Positions 46,875-57,459 of a stretch of DNA of 64,000 nucleotides are shown here, in pieces. The notes beneath the pieces were generated by a model that worked only from the letters and a program-made list of their open reading frames with translations, was not told the origin of the DNA and made no database searches. A program made the translations under genes and the position numbers. Source of the DNA: an uncultured Clostridia bacterium (GTDB lineage Bacteria > Bacillota > Clostridia > Christensenellales > UBA3700); the NCBI GenBank assembly GCA_937880755.1, contig CALGRX010000017.1:254560-318559 (forward strand), read 5' to 3'. Position 1 is the stretch's first letter, and each line of letters starts with the position of its first letter.

Positions 46875-47410
46875 TTTTTCTCCTTACGTGCCATAGGCAA
46901 TATCTCGTAGATTGTGTGAGGATTGTGGGCTTTGATAGCGTCTATTATGGAGTCGAAGTGCCTCTTGTCCACGCCCACTTGTAATATGTTGGCTTGAATA
47001 CCGCTATGAGAGTCGACTACCTGACCTTGCTTGACTGTCTTGATATACAATATCAGTACCGTCTTGTCGCAATCTTGCCTGATGAGCAATACGTCTTGAT
47101 ATCTTATCGTGTGGGAAAACACCCCGATATTGCATCTTATACCGCGCTCGGTGAGAGTGTATGCCGAGAGGTAAACCATTGAGAGTAAAATTGCAGGCAT
47201 GACCACGCATATTACCGTAGCTATAATGTCTAGAGAATAGTTGTAGGATTGCATATTTCTCACACCGCAAAGTCTAAGAACGTTGACAATCGCACATACC
47301 AATAGTATAATTGATATGACGGTAGAGGATACCGCTATCCACGCGTTAGGTTTGTATCTAAAGGTAGTTTTCATAACGGGATTATACCAAATTTTCGCCG
47401 TGCGTGGCAA
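46871..47410 (-). CDS. hypothetical membrane protein (two TM helices plus a PH-like C-terminal region)
   Basis: Track ORF. The true start may be the internal MKTTFRYKPNAW at 47374. No catalytic motif. Confidence 0.45.
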   Translation of the reverse strand: MPRTAKIWYNPVMKTTFRYKPNAWIAVSSTVISIILLVCAIVNVLRLCGVRNMQSYNYSLDIIATVICVVMPAILLSMVYLSAYTLTERGIRCNIGVFSHTIRYQDVLLIRQDCDKTVLILYIKTVKQGQVVDSHSGIQANILQVGVDKRHFDSIIDAIKAHNPHTIYEILPMARKEKK

Positions 47411-48363
47411 GGGAATATATGCAATTTAGAAGAATTGAGGACGCAGATTTTTGCGAGATAGACAAAATATTGGCTAAGACTGAGTACAACGGTAGCGAAT
47501 ACTCTCCGTTGTACCTCAAAGGTTGGAAGTTTTTTAACTACGAAAGTATGCAAATCGCCTACGAAAACGGGGTGATTTATTTGAGATTTTTGCCTCACGC
47601 CGAGTACTTTGACGAGGAGAACGGAGTTGAGGGATACGTCTATCTACCACCGCTTACCACTATCGACAAAATAAAGGCGGCATACGACAATTTGGAGGAT
47701 TTTTGTCTAAGTCAAGGCGAAAAAATGTACGTCATGAGTACGCCCGAAGAATACGTGCAACTGCTCGATAGCGACAAATATAACTTGGTCATCAATCACG
47801 ACTACGACGAATATCTCTACGACCCTCACGACCTAATATATCTCGAAGGCAAAAAGTACCACTCCAAGCGTAACCATATCAAGAGATTTGTCGAAACCTA
47901 CAGCACCTCGGCGGACGGAAAAGGATATGTTTTTAGGAGTTATCAACCGAGCGATTACGAGAGAGTGATGCAACTGATTTCGGGTTGGCAAAGCACTAAG
48001 TCCTTTGACGAAGAGTATAGCGACACCGAAGCCGACGAACTCAGGCTCGTCAAAATGGCTCTTAGTAGAGTAGGGACTTGTCCTCGCTGCTTTGCCGACG
48101 TCATCGAGTACGACGGCAAAATAATAGCCTTTAGTATGGGTGAGATTACCCCGTCGGGCGTGGGCATAACTCATATCGAGAAGGGTGATATCGCCTACAA
48201 CGGCGTTTATCCAGCCATTTGTCAAATGTTTGCAAAAAAGCACTTTGAAAATTGTCGCCTAGTCAATAGGCAAGAGGATATGGGCTTGGAGGGACTCAGA
48301 CGCTCCAAAAGGTCGCTTTATCCCGTGGGCTGGGCGCAAAAATACGCAGTCACCCTCAAATAA
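47404..48363 (+). CDS. DUF2156 (phosphatidylglycerol lysyltransferase C-terminal-like, GNAT fold) protein
   Basis: Recalled family resemblance only (about 300 aa, SPLYLKGW.., RNHIKRF..). The start could be ATG 47419. Confidence 0.5.
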   Translation: MAREYMQFRRIEDADFCEIDKILAKTEYNGSEYSPLYLKGWKFFNYESMQIAYENGVIYLRFLPHAEYFDEENGVEGYVYLPPLTTIDKIKAAYDNLEDFCLSQGEKMYVMSTPEEYVQLLDSDKYNLVINHDYDEYLYDPHDLIYLEGKKYHSKRNHIKRFVETYSTSADGKGYVFRSYQPSDYERVMQLISGWQSTKSFDEEYSDTEADELRLVKMALSRVGTCPRCFADVIEYDGKIIAFSMGEITPSGVGITHIEKGDIAYNGVYPAICQMFAKKHFENCRLVNRQEDMGLEGLRRSKRSLYPVGWAQKYAVTLK

Positions 48364-48393
48364 TAAGCCTATGAAAGTCAATACGAATAACTG

Positions 48394-48417
48394 CCTCGAC
48401 TTTTCGGGGTTTTTTTA
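48394..48417 (+). terminator. terminator after the DUF2156 gene
   Basis: cctcga cttt tcgggg followed by T7. Confidence 0.6.
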
Positions 48418-48481
48418 TTGATTTTTGGATAGGATTGTTGTAATATATTTTTATAAAGTTAATAATTATACGGAGCAATTT

Positions 48482-50740
48482 ATGATCAAACTTTCTCAAC
48501 AAGGTATGTATCTGGTGGGCGGAAAATTTTACGACGCCGACCACGTAAAAACTCTCGGTTTGGAAGCCAAGACTCTCGAGACGGCCTATCAAGGTACGAT
48601 GGCTTACTCTATTCTTTCTGCGCACAACGCGGGAACTAAGACGACTAAGGACGGCGCGCTCAATATCAAATTCGACGGACTAGCGTCGCACGATATCACT
48701 TACGTTGGTATAATTCAGACTGCCAAGGCTAGCGGACTAAAAGAATTTCCTATCCCTTACGTTCTCACCAACTGCCACAACAGCCTTTGCGCGGTGGGCG
48801 GAACTATCAACGAGGACGACCACGTCTTCGGACTGAGCGCAGCCAAGAAGTACGGCGGAATTTTCGTACCGCCTCATCAAGCAGTCATTCACACCTATAT
48901 GAGAGAGTGTATGAGCGGTTGCGGTAAGATGTTGCTCGGCAGTGACTCTCACACCAGATACGGCGCGCTCGGCACAATGGCTATCGGCGAGGGCGGACCC
49001 GAGCTTGTTAAGCAACTTCTCAGTCGTACCTACGACATCAAATATCCCGACGTAATAGCCGTCAGCCTCAGTGGCAAGCCTCGTAAGGGCGTAGGCCCTC
49101 AAGACGTGGCTCTCGCAATTATTGGAGCGGTCTTCTCCAAAGGCTACGTCAAAAATAAGGTTATGGAATTCGTTGGCGACGGCATTGCCAATCTTCCTAT
49201 AGAGTTCCGTAACGGCATTGACGTTATGACTACCGAGACGACGTGCTTGACGTCTATCTGGCGTACCGACGATAGCGAGGTAAAAGATTATTACGCAGTT
49301 AGAGGTAGACTCGACGACTACAAGCCAATCAAGCCCGACGACGTAGCATATTACGACGGCGTGGTAGAGGTAGACCTAGACAAGGTAGTGCCACAAATTG
49401 CGCTTCCTTTCCATCCAAGCAACGTTTTTGCACTCAAGGACGTGATAGACAATCCTTACGATATCTTGTCACAAGCGGAGAAGGAAGGCAACAAGTTGCT
49501 TGGCAATTCGAAAATTCAATTTCGTCTCACTGACAAAATCGTGGACGGCAAGGTTATGGTAGAGCAAGGCGTCATCGCGGGTTGCGCGGGAGGAACTTAC
49601 GACAATATCGTCGAGGCCACAAGCATACTCAAAGACGGCGCGGTGGGTAGCGGAAAGTTTACCCTCAACGTCTATCCTTCTTCTACGCCAATCTACTACG
49701 ATTTGCTCAAAAAGGGCGCGATTGCGGAATTAGTCAAGGCGGGCGCTAACGTCAAATCGGCGTTCTGCGGACCTTGCTTCGGTGCGGGGGACGTGCCTGC
49801 CAACAACGCTTTGTCAATAAGACATACCACCCGCAACTTCGAGAGCAGAGAGGGTAGCAAACCCGGCAACAACCAAATCGCTTCCGTTGCGCTCATGGAC
49901 GCACGCTCTATTGCGGCAACCGCACTCAACGGTGGAGTGTTGACGGCGGCAACCGATATCGACTACGACAACACCGTGCCTACCTTCGAGTATGACGGCA
50001 GCATCTACGCTAAGAGAGTGTACAACGGTTGGGGCAAGGCTCAACCCGAGGCGGAATTGGAATACGGACCTAACATCTGCGATTGGCCTCAAGTTATATC
50101 TTTGACCGACAACGTCATCGTCAAGTTGGCGGCGGCTATCTACGATCCTGTTACAACTACAGACGAGCTTATCCCGTCGGGCGAAACCTCGAGCTATCGT
50201 AGCAATCCGCTCAAACTCGCCGAGTTTGCTCTATCGAGAAAAGAGCCAAAATACGTGGGTAGAGCCAAAGAAATCTATGCCGATGAATTGGAAAGAAGAG
50301 AGAAGGGGCTACCTAAGCAATACGCAGAGGCAGTAGCTAAATCGGGCTTGAAGCTAGAGGGCACGACCTCTATCGGTAGCGGTGTCTACGCAATCAAACC
50401 GGGTGACGGCAGTGCGAGAGAACAAGCCGCAAGTTGTCAAAGAGTGCTTGGCGGTGTGTGCAATATTGCCAAAGAATACGCTACCAAGAGATATCGTAGC
50501 AACCTCATCAACTGGGGTATGTTGCCTTTTGTAAGCGACGACAAATTCGAGCAAGGCGATATCGTCATCGTCAAGGACGTCAAAGAAAAATTGATGAACG
50601 GCGATAGAGAGTTCCCTGCCAAAGTGGTAAGGGGAGATCTAAGCATTGACGTAACTCTAAGATTGGACGCTTTGACCGACGACGAAAGAGAGATTATCAA
50701 GCAAGGCTGTCTTATCAACTATTACAAGAGCCAACTGTAA
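48482..50740 (+). CDS. aconitase-family hydratase (fused large and swivel domains)
   Basis: Track ORF trimmed to ATG 48482 (MIKLSQQG). Fe-S cluster motifs GSDSHT and FCGPCFGAG. Substrate not determinable by eye. Confidence 0.75.
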   Translation: MIKLSQQGMYLVGGKFYDADHVKTLGLEAKTLETAYQGTMAYSILSAHNAGTKTTKDGALNIKFDGLASHDITYVGIIQTAKASGLKEFPIPYVLTNCHNSLCAVGGTINEDDHVFGLSAAKKYGGIFVPPHQAVIHTYMRECMSGCGKMLLGSDSHTRYGALGTMAIGEGGPELVKQLLSRTYDIKYPDVIAVSLSGKPRKGVGPQDVALAIIGAVFSKGYVKNKVMEFVGDGIANLPIEFRNGIDVMTTETTCLTSIWRTDDSEVKDYYAVRGRLDDYKPIKPDDVAYYDGVVEVDLDKVVPQIALPFHPSNVFALKDVIDNPYDILSQAEKEGNKLLGNSKIQFRLTDKIVDGKVMVEQGVIAGCAGGTYDNIVEATSILKDGAVGSGKFTLNVYPSSTPIYYDLLKKGAIAELVKAGANVKSAFCGPCFGAGDVPANNALSIRHTTRNFESREGSKPGNNQIASVALMDARSIAATALNGGVLTAATDIDYDNTVPTFEYDGSIYAKRVYNGWGKAQPEAELEYGPNICDWPQVISLTDNVIVKLAAAIYDPVTTTDELIPSGETSSYRSNPLKLAEFALSRKEPKYVGRAKEIYADELERREKGLPKQYAEAVAKSGLKLEGTTSIGSGVYAIKPGDGSAREQAASCQRVLGGVCNIAKEYATKRYRSNLINWGMLPFVSDDKFEQGDIVIVKDVKEKLMNGDREFPAKVVRGDLSIDVTLRLDALTDDEREIIKQGCLINYYKSQL

Positions 50741-51279
50741 TGAATAAACGACAATTGCGCCAAGAGATTAGAGAGCGCCTAAAAGCAATGGGTATAGCCG
50801 ACAAAAAATCGGCGAGCGAGAGGGTGGCAAGCAATTTGCTGTCTTTGGGGCTTGAAGCAAGGTCGGTGTGCATATACAACGCTTTGGATAGCGAGGTAGC
50901 AACTTGCGACCTGATAAAACACTTTGTAGGTAAAGCCGCCGTATATTTGCCCGTAGTGCGTGGGGAAGATATGCTCCTCGTGAAAGTGGACGAGAATACT
51001 CGGTACGAGATAGGCGACTACGGAATAAGTGAGCCAAAGGGGCGAGAACTATCCCCCGAGCAAGTGGATATAGACCTTTGCGTTACGCCAATGCTCGCCG
51101 GAGATAGACGACTTAACCGTTTAGGCAAGGGCAAGGGTTACTACGATAGGTTCTTTGATAAGAGCGATTGCATCAAGGTGGGGCTTTGCTTCGATTGCCA
51201 AATGGTAGACGAGATTATTGCCGAGCCGTGGGATAAAAAAATGAATTATATCGTCACCGATAAGGAAATTGTAAAATGA
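50740..51279 (+). CDS. 5-formyltetrahydrofolate cyclo-ligase
   Basis: About 180 aa; N-terminal KRQLRQEIRERL and the conserved GKGKGYYDRFF motif. Confidence 0.82.
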   Translation: MNKRQLRQEIRERLKAMGIADKKSASERVASNLLSLGLEARSVCIYNALDSEVATCDLIKHFVGKAAVYLPVVRGEDMLLVKVDENTRYEIGDYGISEPKGRELSPEQVDIDLCVTPMLAGDRRLNRLGKGKGYYDRFFDKSDCIKVGLCFDCQMVDEIIAEPWDKKMNYIVTDKEIVK

Positions 51280-52286
51280 GAGTTGTCAGCGGAAAATACC
51301 GTGGAAGAAAGATAGAATCGCCTAAAGGCAACGAAGTCAGACCGACAAGCGATATGGTCAAGGAAAATATATTTAATACCATTCAATTCGACGTGGCGGG
51401 AAGTTGCTTTTTGGACTTGTTTTGCGGTAGTGGCGGTATGGGCATAGAGGCATTGTCGAGAGGAGCAAAGCAAGTGACCTTCGTCGACAAAAGCAAGACG
51501 AGTATTGCGCTCACACAAAGAAATCTTGCGGGTACCAAGGACGATTATCGAGTCGTCAACAGCGACTTCGAGAGTGCATTGCGCACGGTTGGCAAGCAAG
51601 ACTTTATCTTCGTAGACCCGCCTTATAAGACTGATTATATCGGTGATATTTGTGCAATCGTTTTGGAAAGAGATATACTTGCCGACGGCGGATATATAAT
51701 TTACGAGCACGACAGAGACAAAAAATATACCTTGACGGACGAGTGGCGGATAGCTAAACGCAAGAGATACGGTTGTATCGTGGTTGACTTTGTTACTCGC
51801 ACCAAAAAGATTGCTTTGATACCGGGTAGCTTTGACCCAATCACCAAAGGTCACACGTGGCTGATCGAAGAGGCCTTGCAGGAGTGGGACAAAGTGGTTG
51901 TTCTGGTGGCAGACAACCCCGACAAAAACTATCTATTTGATAGAGATGAGCGAAGACAAATAGTCGAAAAAGCCTTAGAATATACCCTCAACGTGAGAGT
52001 CGACGACTGGAACGGAATGGTGTTTGAATATTGCAACAGTCACGACATATGCAATATCGTAAGGGGTTATCGCGACGACAAGGATTACGCTTATGAGATA
52101 GAGATGAGTGAATTTAACAAGTCGCACGGGGGAGTGGAAACGACGCTGTATAAGTCGGATAACTTGATAAACGTATCGTCTAGCGTAGTGAGAGATATGC
52201 TGAAATGCAAGACGTCGTTGAGAGGGGTAGTACCCGACAACTGCATAAAAACCATAGAAAAAATATTGGGAGAAAAGTATGAATAA
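51276..52286 (+). CDS. fusion protein: 16S rRNA m2G966 methyltransferase RsmD + phosphopantetheine adenylyltransferase CoaD
   Basis: N-terminal half: DLFCGSGGMGIEALSRGA and VDPPY (RsmD). C-terminal half: PGSFDPITKGH and VSSSVVRDM (CoaD). One uninterrupted 336-aa frame. Confidence 0.85.
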   Translation: MRVVSGKYRGRKIESPKGNEVRPTSDMVKENIFNTIQFDVAGSCFLDLFCGSGGMGIEALSRGAKQVTFVDKSKTSIALTQRNLAGTKDDYRVVNSDFESALRTVGKQDFIFVDPPYKTDYIGDICAIVLERDILADGGYIIYEHDRDKKYTLTDEWRIAKRKRYGCIVVDFVTRTKKIALIPGSFDPITKGHTWLIEEALQEWDKVVVLVADNPDKNYLFDRDERRQIVEKALEYTLNVRVDDWNGMVFEYCNSHDICNIVRGYRDDKDYAYEIEMSEFNKSHGGVETTLYKSDNLINVSSSVVRDMLKCKTSLRGVVPDNCIKTIEKILGEKYE

Positions 52287-52755
52287 CAACAATATCGAAG
52301 TTATGCTTGACAAATTGGCAGAGATGATAAGACTAGGCAAAAAGCCTCTTATCGGCAACGGTAGAATTATCGACGATATGGTTGCCTTAGATATCATTGC
52401 GGCGGTCAAAGAAGCCTTGCCCGATTCTATTGCCGAAGCAAGAGTGATTATCGGACAGAGAGACGCCTTGATTGAGGACGCCAATCGTGCGGCAAACGAT
52501 ATTCTTGCGGGCGCAGAGAGAGAAGCCAATCGTATGCTCAGCGAAAACGAGATTATCGTCCAAGCCAGAGAACAAGCGCAAAAGATTGTGGATGACGCAA
52601 CGGCTTACGCAAACAACGTCATCGACCAAAGCTATAATCAAATTGCCAACGTGATGAACGGAGCAGAATATTATCTCAGACAAACGCTTAACGACGTGTC
52701 GGCAAGCAAACAAGAATTGTTTAAGCTTATGAGCGAGCCTATCAACCGAAATTGA
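52279..52755 (+). CDS. hypothetical coiled-coil protein
   Basis: Alanine- and glutamate-rich helical sequence; 8-nt overlap with the upstream gene. No enzymatic motif. Confidence 0.5.
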   Translation: MNNNNIEVMLDKLAEMIRLGKKPLIGNGRIIDDMVALDIIAAVKEALPDSIAEARVIIGQRDALIEDANRAANDILAGAEREANRMLSENEIIVQAREQAQKIVDDATAYANNVIDQSYNQIANVMNGAEYYLRQTLNDVSASKQELFKLMSEPINRN

Positions 52756-53731
52756 CGGCAAGACAAGTGAGCAAGCTTAAGCCAAAGGTGATAGAGGCTT
52801 GAGATAGCTTGGTAAGTATATAATAACTTGCCTTGATACCGCATTTGCTTAAAAAACTCATAGATTGAAAGGTGATACAAGCGCCACCCAAAGACAACAG
52901 TCCCGCCAAATACGGCAGGGCTGTCGTTGTTTTTACGCCCGATTGAGCAATATAGTCAAATCCGCGAGTGAGTTCTATAAACGATAGTGCAACGCCGTAG
53001 CACAAGTTGTCGGTTACGCCGAGAGGGCTAAGAATAAAGCCAAGTATTTTGCCGGTCAAATCCACCAATCCCACGTCCACCAAAACGTCGCCAATCATAC
53101 CGAAAATGGTGATATATCCGCCTATGGCAAGTATGGTGTTGACGCTATTTTTGATGCACGCGTCTAGTAGCGAGTCTACATATTGCACGGTAGGCAAAAT
53201 AGGCGAAAAAGTTTGCTTTTTTGGTCTAAATATTATGCCGTTGATAAGTGCACCGAGTACGTGACACGATAGTAAAACCCACCCCAGATATGGTGATTGA
53301 AAGAGCGTTGCGCCCACAGTTCCTAGTATGAACAGCGGTCCCGACGTGGAGCAAAACGCCGTGATATGCTTGGCGTCCTCTGTCGTAAGCATACCTGATT
53401 GATATAGGTCGCATATGATTTTGCTACCCATAGGATAACCGCTGACGAGGCTCAAAACCATGACGTATCCGCTGATAGGAGGAGCGTGAAATACCTTGGA
53501 TACCGGCTTGGCGAATACAACCCCGAGCAAATATCCGCCGCCCACGCAAGTGAGTAAGCCTGAGAAAAACAAAAAGGGAAAGAGCGACGGCAAAACCGCC
53601 TTGGCAAAGAGTATCAAACTGCGCGAAACCGACGCTATATAGCGTGAGGGATTGACTACGAGAAAGGTAATAAAAAAGCCCGCAACCAACGATAGGGGCA
53701 GGGCTTTATTGAGATCGATACTGCGCTCCAT
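52742..53731 (-). CDS. ylbJ: sporulation integral membrane protein YlbJ-like (nucleoside-recognition/Gate domains)
   Basis: Polytopic membrane protein. Conserved neighbourhood rsmD-coaD / ylbJ / ylbM, as in Bacillus. Confidence 0.7.
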   Translation of the reverse strand: MERSIDLNKALPLSLVAGFFITFLVVNPSRYIASVSRSLILFAKAVLPSLFPFLFFSGLLTCVGGGYLLGVVFAKPVSKVFHAPPISGYVMVLSLVSGYPMGSKIICDLYQSGMLTTEDAKHITAFCSTSGPLFILGTVGATLFQSPYLGWVLLSCHVLGALINGIIFRPKKQTFSPILPTVQYVDSLLDACIKNSVNTILAIGGYITIFGMIGDVLVDVGLVDLTGKILGFILSPLGVTDNLCYGVALSFIELTRGFDYIAQSGVKTTTALPYLAGLLSLGGACITFQSMSFLSKCGIKASYYILTKLSQASITFGLSLLTCLAVNFG

Positions 53732-53875
53732 ACTAGATTATATTAGTTTGGACGCCAATTAATAACGAGTTGTTGCAATGCATTGGATAGATACTGAGCG
53801 TTGACGATAGCTAGTGGCAAATACAAGATTGCAATACCAAATAATGACGATAGCCTTTAGTTGCTCGTAAGTCGG

Positions 53876-55018
53876 CTAGAATTTGACGATTGACATCACC
53901 GAGCGGTAGCGATATTTGACTGAGGAAAATAGCAAGTCGGCGTTGTGTTGGGCGTCGGTTTTTTCTAGTATATATGAGTCGCTTTGCTTGGTGGTGACGG
54001 CGCAATCAAATAGCGAAAGCAGAGATTTTTTGTCCTCTTTGACTGCCAAAACGTTGACGTATTCGATAGCTTGCCCCTTGAGCTTATCGTATGTCAGCGT
54101 GTTGTAAGTGAGGGCGTTGAGAAGCAATCTTTTGATATACGCCATAGGGTAGCGCTTGGTCTTGACTGCTTGCAAAAAACTTGAAAAATCGTGGCACGTA
54201 TCGAGTTTTTGAAGTATTCTGTTATCAATTCCTTCTTTGATACCGCATATTTTGCTAAGGTCTTGGCGGGGCAGTTGGTAGGAAAGAAGGGAATAAAGTC
54301 TATCGTCGCAATCGCTGTAATTTTGCAATTCGTCATAGACGAAAGGCGGACAAAATTTTGCAATTATCGACTTGTCGCTCAGATTGTTGCGAATAGCCGA
54401 AGCGGAAGCAAACTCTCCCGCTACGGATAGGTCGTTGTAACCGCCTTGGCGCTTGATTGCGATAGGTGTAATAGCAAGATTGAGCTTGTTGATTGCCTTG
54501 ATATATTCTATCGCAAGTAGATTGTTGGGGCTATCGAGCAGATTAGCCAAGTCGTCTTTGTCGTTTGTTTGGCAGACTGCTTTGACGGCAAGCGAATATG
54601 CCAGCGGATAGGATAGACCTTGCGCTAGGTTGCTTTGGGTGAGCAAGTCTACTTGAGAGTTATCCGTCAAAGTCTTGGCAAGGCGAGTAAGCGCGGTTAC
54701 GTCGGGATTTTCACAGCCGAAACAAAGGTATGAAGGCTCATTAAATCGAGAGATAATCTTGATAGCACCGAGGGCAAATAGCTCGGCGGAACTAAGGCTA
54801 TATACGGCAGGCAACTCTATCACCATATCGGCGCCCGCTTTGATAGCCCACTCGGCACGGGTGTATTTGTCTGCCACCGCCAACTCGCCACGCTGTACGA
54901 CGTTGCCGCTCATAATGCAAATAACGTCGCCACAAGCCAACTCTTTGGCTTGACGTATTTGGTACGCGTGTCCGCTGTGTAGCGGATTGTATTCGCAAAT
55001 TATGAAACAATGGGACAT
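53876..55018 (-). CDS. tmcAL: tRNA(Met) cytidine acetate ligase (YlbM/UPF0348 nucleotidyltransferase)
   Basis: N-terminus IICEYNPLHSGHAYQIRQAKE (HxGH-type nucleotidyltransferase motif); 380 aa. Confidence 0.82.
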   Translation of the reverse strand: MSHCFIICEYNPLHSGHAYQIRQAKELACGDVICIMSGNVVQRGELAVADKYTRAEWAIKAGADMVIELPAVYSLSSAELFALGAIKIISRFNEPSYLCFGCENPDVTALTRLAKTLTDNSQVDLLTQSNLAQGLSYPLAYSLAVKAVCQTNDKDDLANLLDSPNNLLAIEYIKAINKLNLAITPIAIKRQGGYNDLSVAGEFASASAIRNNLSDKSIIAKFCPPFVYDELQNYSDCDDRLYSLLSYQLPRQDLSKICGIKEGIDNRILQKLDTCHDFSSFLQAVKTKRYPMAYIKRLLLNALTYNTLTYDKLKGQAIEYVNVLAVKEDKKSLLSLFDCAVTTKQSDSYILEKTDAQHNADLLFSSVKYRYRSVMSIVKF

Positions 55019-55148
55019 AAAAACCCGCCTTTTTTATTTGTATTACTTTACAATAACCAATCTTAGTTGTATAATTGGCTTGTGATATCCTAACGATATC
55101 ATTATAAATGATTTTCAACAAAAAATAAAGCAATTTTCAGGGGGAAGT

Positions 55149-56144
55149 ATGAGCAAGATTATCGACTCAATCATCGCCAAAGCTAAGACTTTGGGCAAGA
55201 CGATAGTTTTGGCGGAAGGCGACGAGCCAAGAACTGTCAAAGCGGCACAAATCATCACCGAACAAGGCATAGCAAAAATTATTTTGCTAGCAGACGAAGA
55301 GCAACTCAAAGCCAAGTATCCCGACGTAGACTTCGGCGGTATGCAAATCGTCAATCCGACAACTGCCGATATTGAGGAATTTGCTAACGAATTGTACGAA
55401 TTGCGCAAGGCAAAGGGTATGACCTTGGAGCAAGCAAGAGTGGAGATGAGAAAGAATCTCAACTACGGCGCAATGATGACTCGTAAAGGTCTAGCCGACG
55501 GCATGGTTGCGGGAGCTATCAACTCTACCGGCAACGTGCTCAAGAGCGGACTGACTATCGTCAAAACCAAACCGGGCACTAAGACGGTTAGCAGCGTATT
55601 TTTGATGTCTTTCGAGGGCACGCCTTACAAGGATAAGGATATTATGGTATTCGGCGACTGTGCGGTCAATATAGAACCAACCGCAGAGCAACTTGCCGAT
55701 ATAGCTATATCTTCCACGGCTACTGCCAAGGCTTTGGCAGGAATAGACGAGCCTAAGGTGGCTATGCTTTCCTTCTCGACCAAGGGCAGTGCAAAGCACC
55801 CTAACGTAGACAAGGTGGTTGAGGCAACTCGCCTCGTGCAAGAGAGAGCCCCTGAGATAGAAGTAGACGGCGACTTGCAAGTAGACGCCGCTATCGTACC
55901 GTCGGTCGGACAGCTCAAAGCACCGGGTAGCAAGGTTGCGGGACAAGCCAACGTATTTATCTTCCCATCTCTCGAAGCGGGAAATATCGGCTACAAGCTT
56001 ACCCAAAGATTTAGCGGCGCAGAAGCAATAGGACCTATCTGTCAAGGATTTGCTAAGCCTGTCAACGACCTCTCACGCGGTTGCGTAAGCGAGGATATAG
56101 TAGCCGTAGTGGCTATCACCGCCGTTCAGGCAAGTCAAAACTAA
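55149..56144 (+). CDS. pta: phosphate acetyltransferase
   Basis: IVLAEGDEPRTVKAA and SFSTKGSAKH motifs; followed by ackA. Confidence 0.93.
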   Translation: MSKIIDSIIAKAKTLGKTIVLAEGDEPRTVKAAQIITEQGIAKIILLADEEQLKAKYPDVDFGGMQIVNPTTADIEEFANELYELRKAKGMTLEQARVEMRKNLNYGAMMTRKGLADGMVAGAINSTGNVLKSGLTIVKTKPGTKTVSSVFLMSFEGTPYKDKDIMVFGDCAVNIEPTAEQLADIAISSTATAKALAGIDEPKVAMLSFSTKGSAKHPNVDKVVEATRLVQERAPEIEVDGDLQVDAAIVPSVGQLKAPGSKVAGQANVFIFPSLEAGNIGYKLTQRFSGAEAIGPICQGFAKPVNDLSRGCVSEDIVAVVAITAVQASQN

Positions 56145-56154
56145 GGAGCATAAT

Positions 56155-57363
56155 ATGAAAGTATTGGTAGTAAACGCAGGTAGTTCTTCCCTCAAATACC
56201 AACTCATCGAGATGGAGACCGAAACTGTGCTCTGCAAGGGCGTAGTAGAAAAAATAGGTCTAAACGGCTCTTTGATAACTCACAAATACGGCGACCAAAA
56301 GGTGATCGTCGAGGATACTATCAACGACCATACCAAAGCCTTCAATCTATTGATTGATTGCCTCGTCAACAAGGACTACGGCGTGATAGACAGCGTGGAA
56401 GAGATAGGAGCGATAGGACACAGAGTAGTGCATAGCGGAGAAGAGTTTGACTCTTCCACATACGTGGGCGACGAAGAAATGAAGAAGTTGCAATCGGTGG
56501 CTCACCTTGCTCCTTTGCACAACCCTGCCAACATTGCGTGCATACAACTGTGCAAGAGCTTGTTGCCAAAAGTGCCTAACGTGGCGGTATTCGATACGGC
56601 GTTCCATAGCACTATGCCTAAGAAGGCAAAAATGTACGGTATTCCTTACGAGATATACGAAAAATATCAAATCAGAAGATACGGCTTCCACGGCACTTCG
56701 CACAAGTTCGTGTCGGGCGAAGCAATCAAATATCTCACTTCTAAGGGCTTGCCTTGCTCCAAAATAGTTACTTGCCACCTCGGCAACGGTAGCTCTATCT
56801 CGGCTGTCAAGGACGGCAAGTGCGTAGATACTTCTATGGGTATGACTCCTATGGCAGGCGTGATGATGGGGACTAGGTGCGGCGATATCGATCCTGCGGT
56901 AGTAGAAATGATTGCCGACAATACGGGTATGAGCCTCAAAGAAACTACCAATTATCTCAACAAACAAAGTGGATTTATGGGTGTGAGCGGAGTCAGCTCC
57001 GACGCAAGAGAGTTGTGTAAGGCCGCATCCGAAGGCAACGAGAGAGCGCAGCTTGCCAAGGATATGTTTGCTTATCAAGTCCAAAAGTTTATCGGTTCTT
57101 ACGCCGTGGCTATGAACGGACTCGATTGCGTAGTATTTACGGGCGGAATTGGCGAAAACAGTTGGGAATTTAGAGAGCTGATAATGCAAAACACCGAATT
57201 TTTGGGCGTTGCCTTTGACCAAGAAAAGAACAAGACGAGTGAGGCTAGAGGTAATTTTTGCGACTTGTCCAAGCCTGAGAGCAAGGTCAAAGTATTGGTT
57301 ATCCCTACTAATGAAGAATTGGTCATTGCGAGAGAGACCCAAGAGATAGTTCAATCGTTGTAA
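56155..57363 (+). CDS. ackA: acetate kinase
   Basis: MKVLVVNAGSSSLKYQL and GFHGTSH motifs; 402 aa. Confidence 0.95.
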   Translation: MKVLVVNAGSSSLKYQLIEMETETVLCKGVVEKIGLNGSLITHKYGDQKVIVEDTINDHTKAFNLLIDCLVNKDYGVIDSVEEIGAIGHRVVHSGEEFDSSTYVGDEEMKKLQSVAHLAPLHNPANIACIQLCKSLLPKVPNVAVFDTAFHSTMPKKAKMYGIPYEIYEKYQIRRYGFHGTSHKFVSGEAIKYLTSKGLPCSKIVTCHLGNGSSISAVKDGKCVDTSMGMTPMAGVMMGTRCGDIDPAVVEMIADNTGMSLKETTNYLNKQSGFMGVSGVSSDARELCKAASEGNERAQLAKDMFAYQVQKFIGSYAVAMNGLDCVVFTGGIGENSWEFRELIMQNTEFLGVAFDQEKNKTSEARGNFCDLSKPESKVKVLVIPTNEELVIARETQEIVQSL

Positions 57364-57389
57364 AAACCAAAAATAATGCAAAAATATGT

Positions 57390-57418
57390 TTGACAAAGCC
57401 GATAAAATGTCTTATAAT
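57390..57418 (+). promoter_or_regulatory. consensus promoter (TTGACA-17-TATAAT) upstream of rpmF
   Basis: Exact hexamers at 57390-57395 and 57413-57418. Confidence 0.7.
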
Positions 57419-57459
57419 GGCTAAGCAAATGTATTTGAGTAATACGGGAGGTGTCAAAA

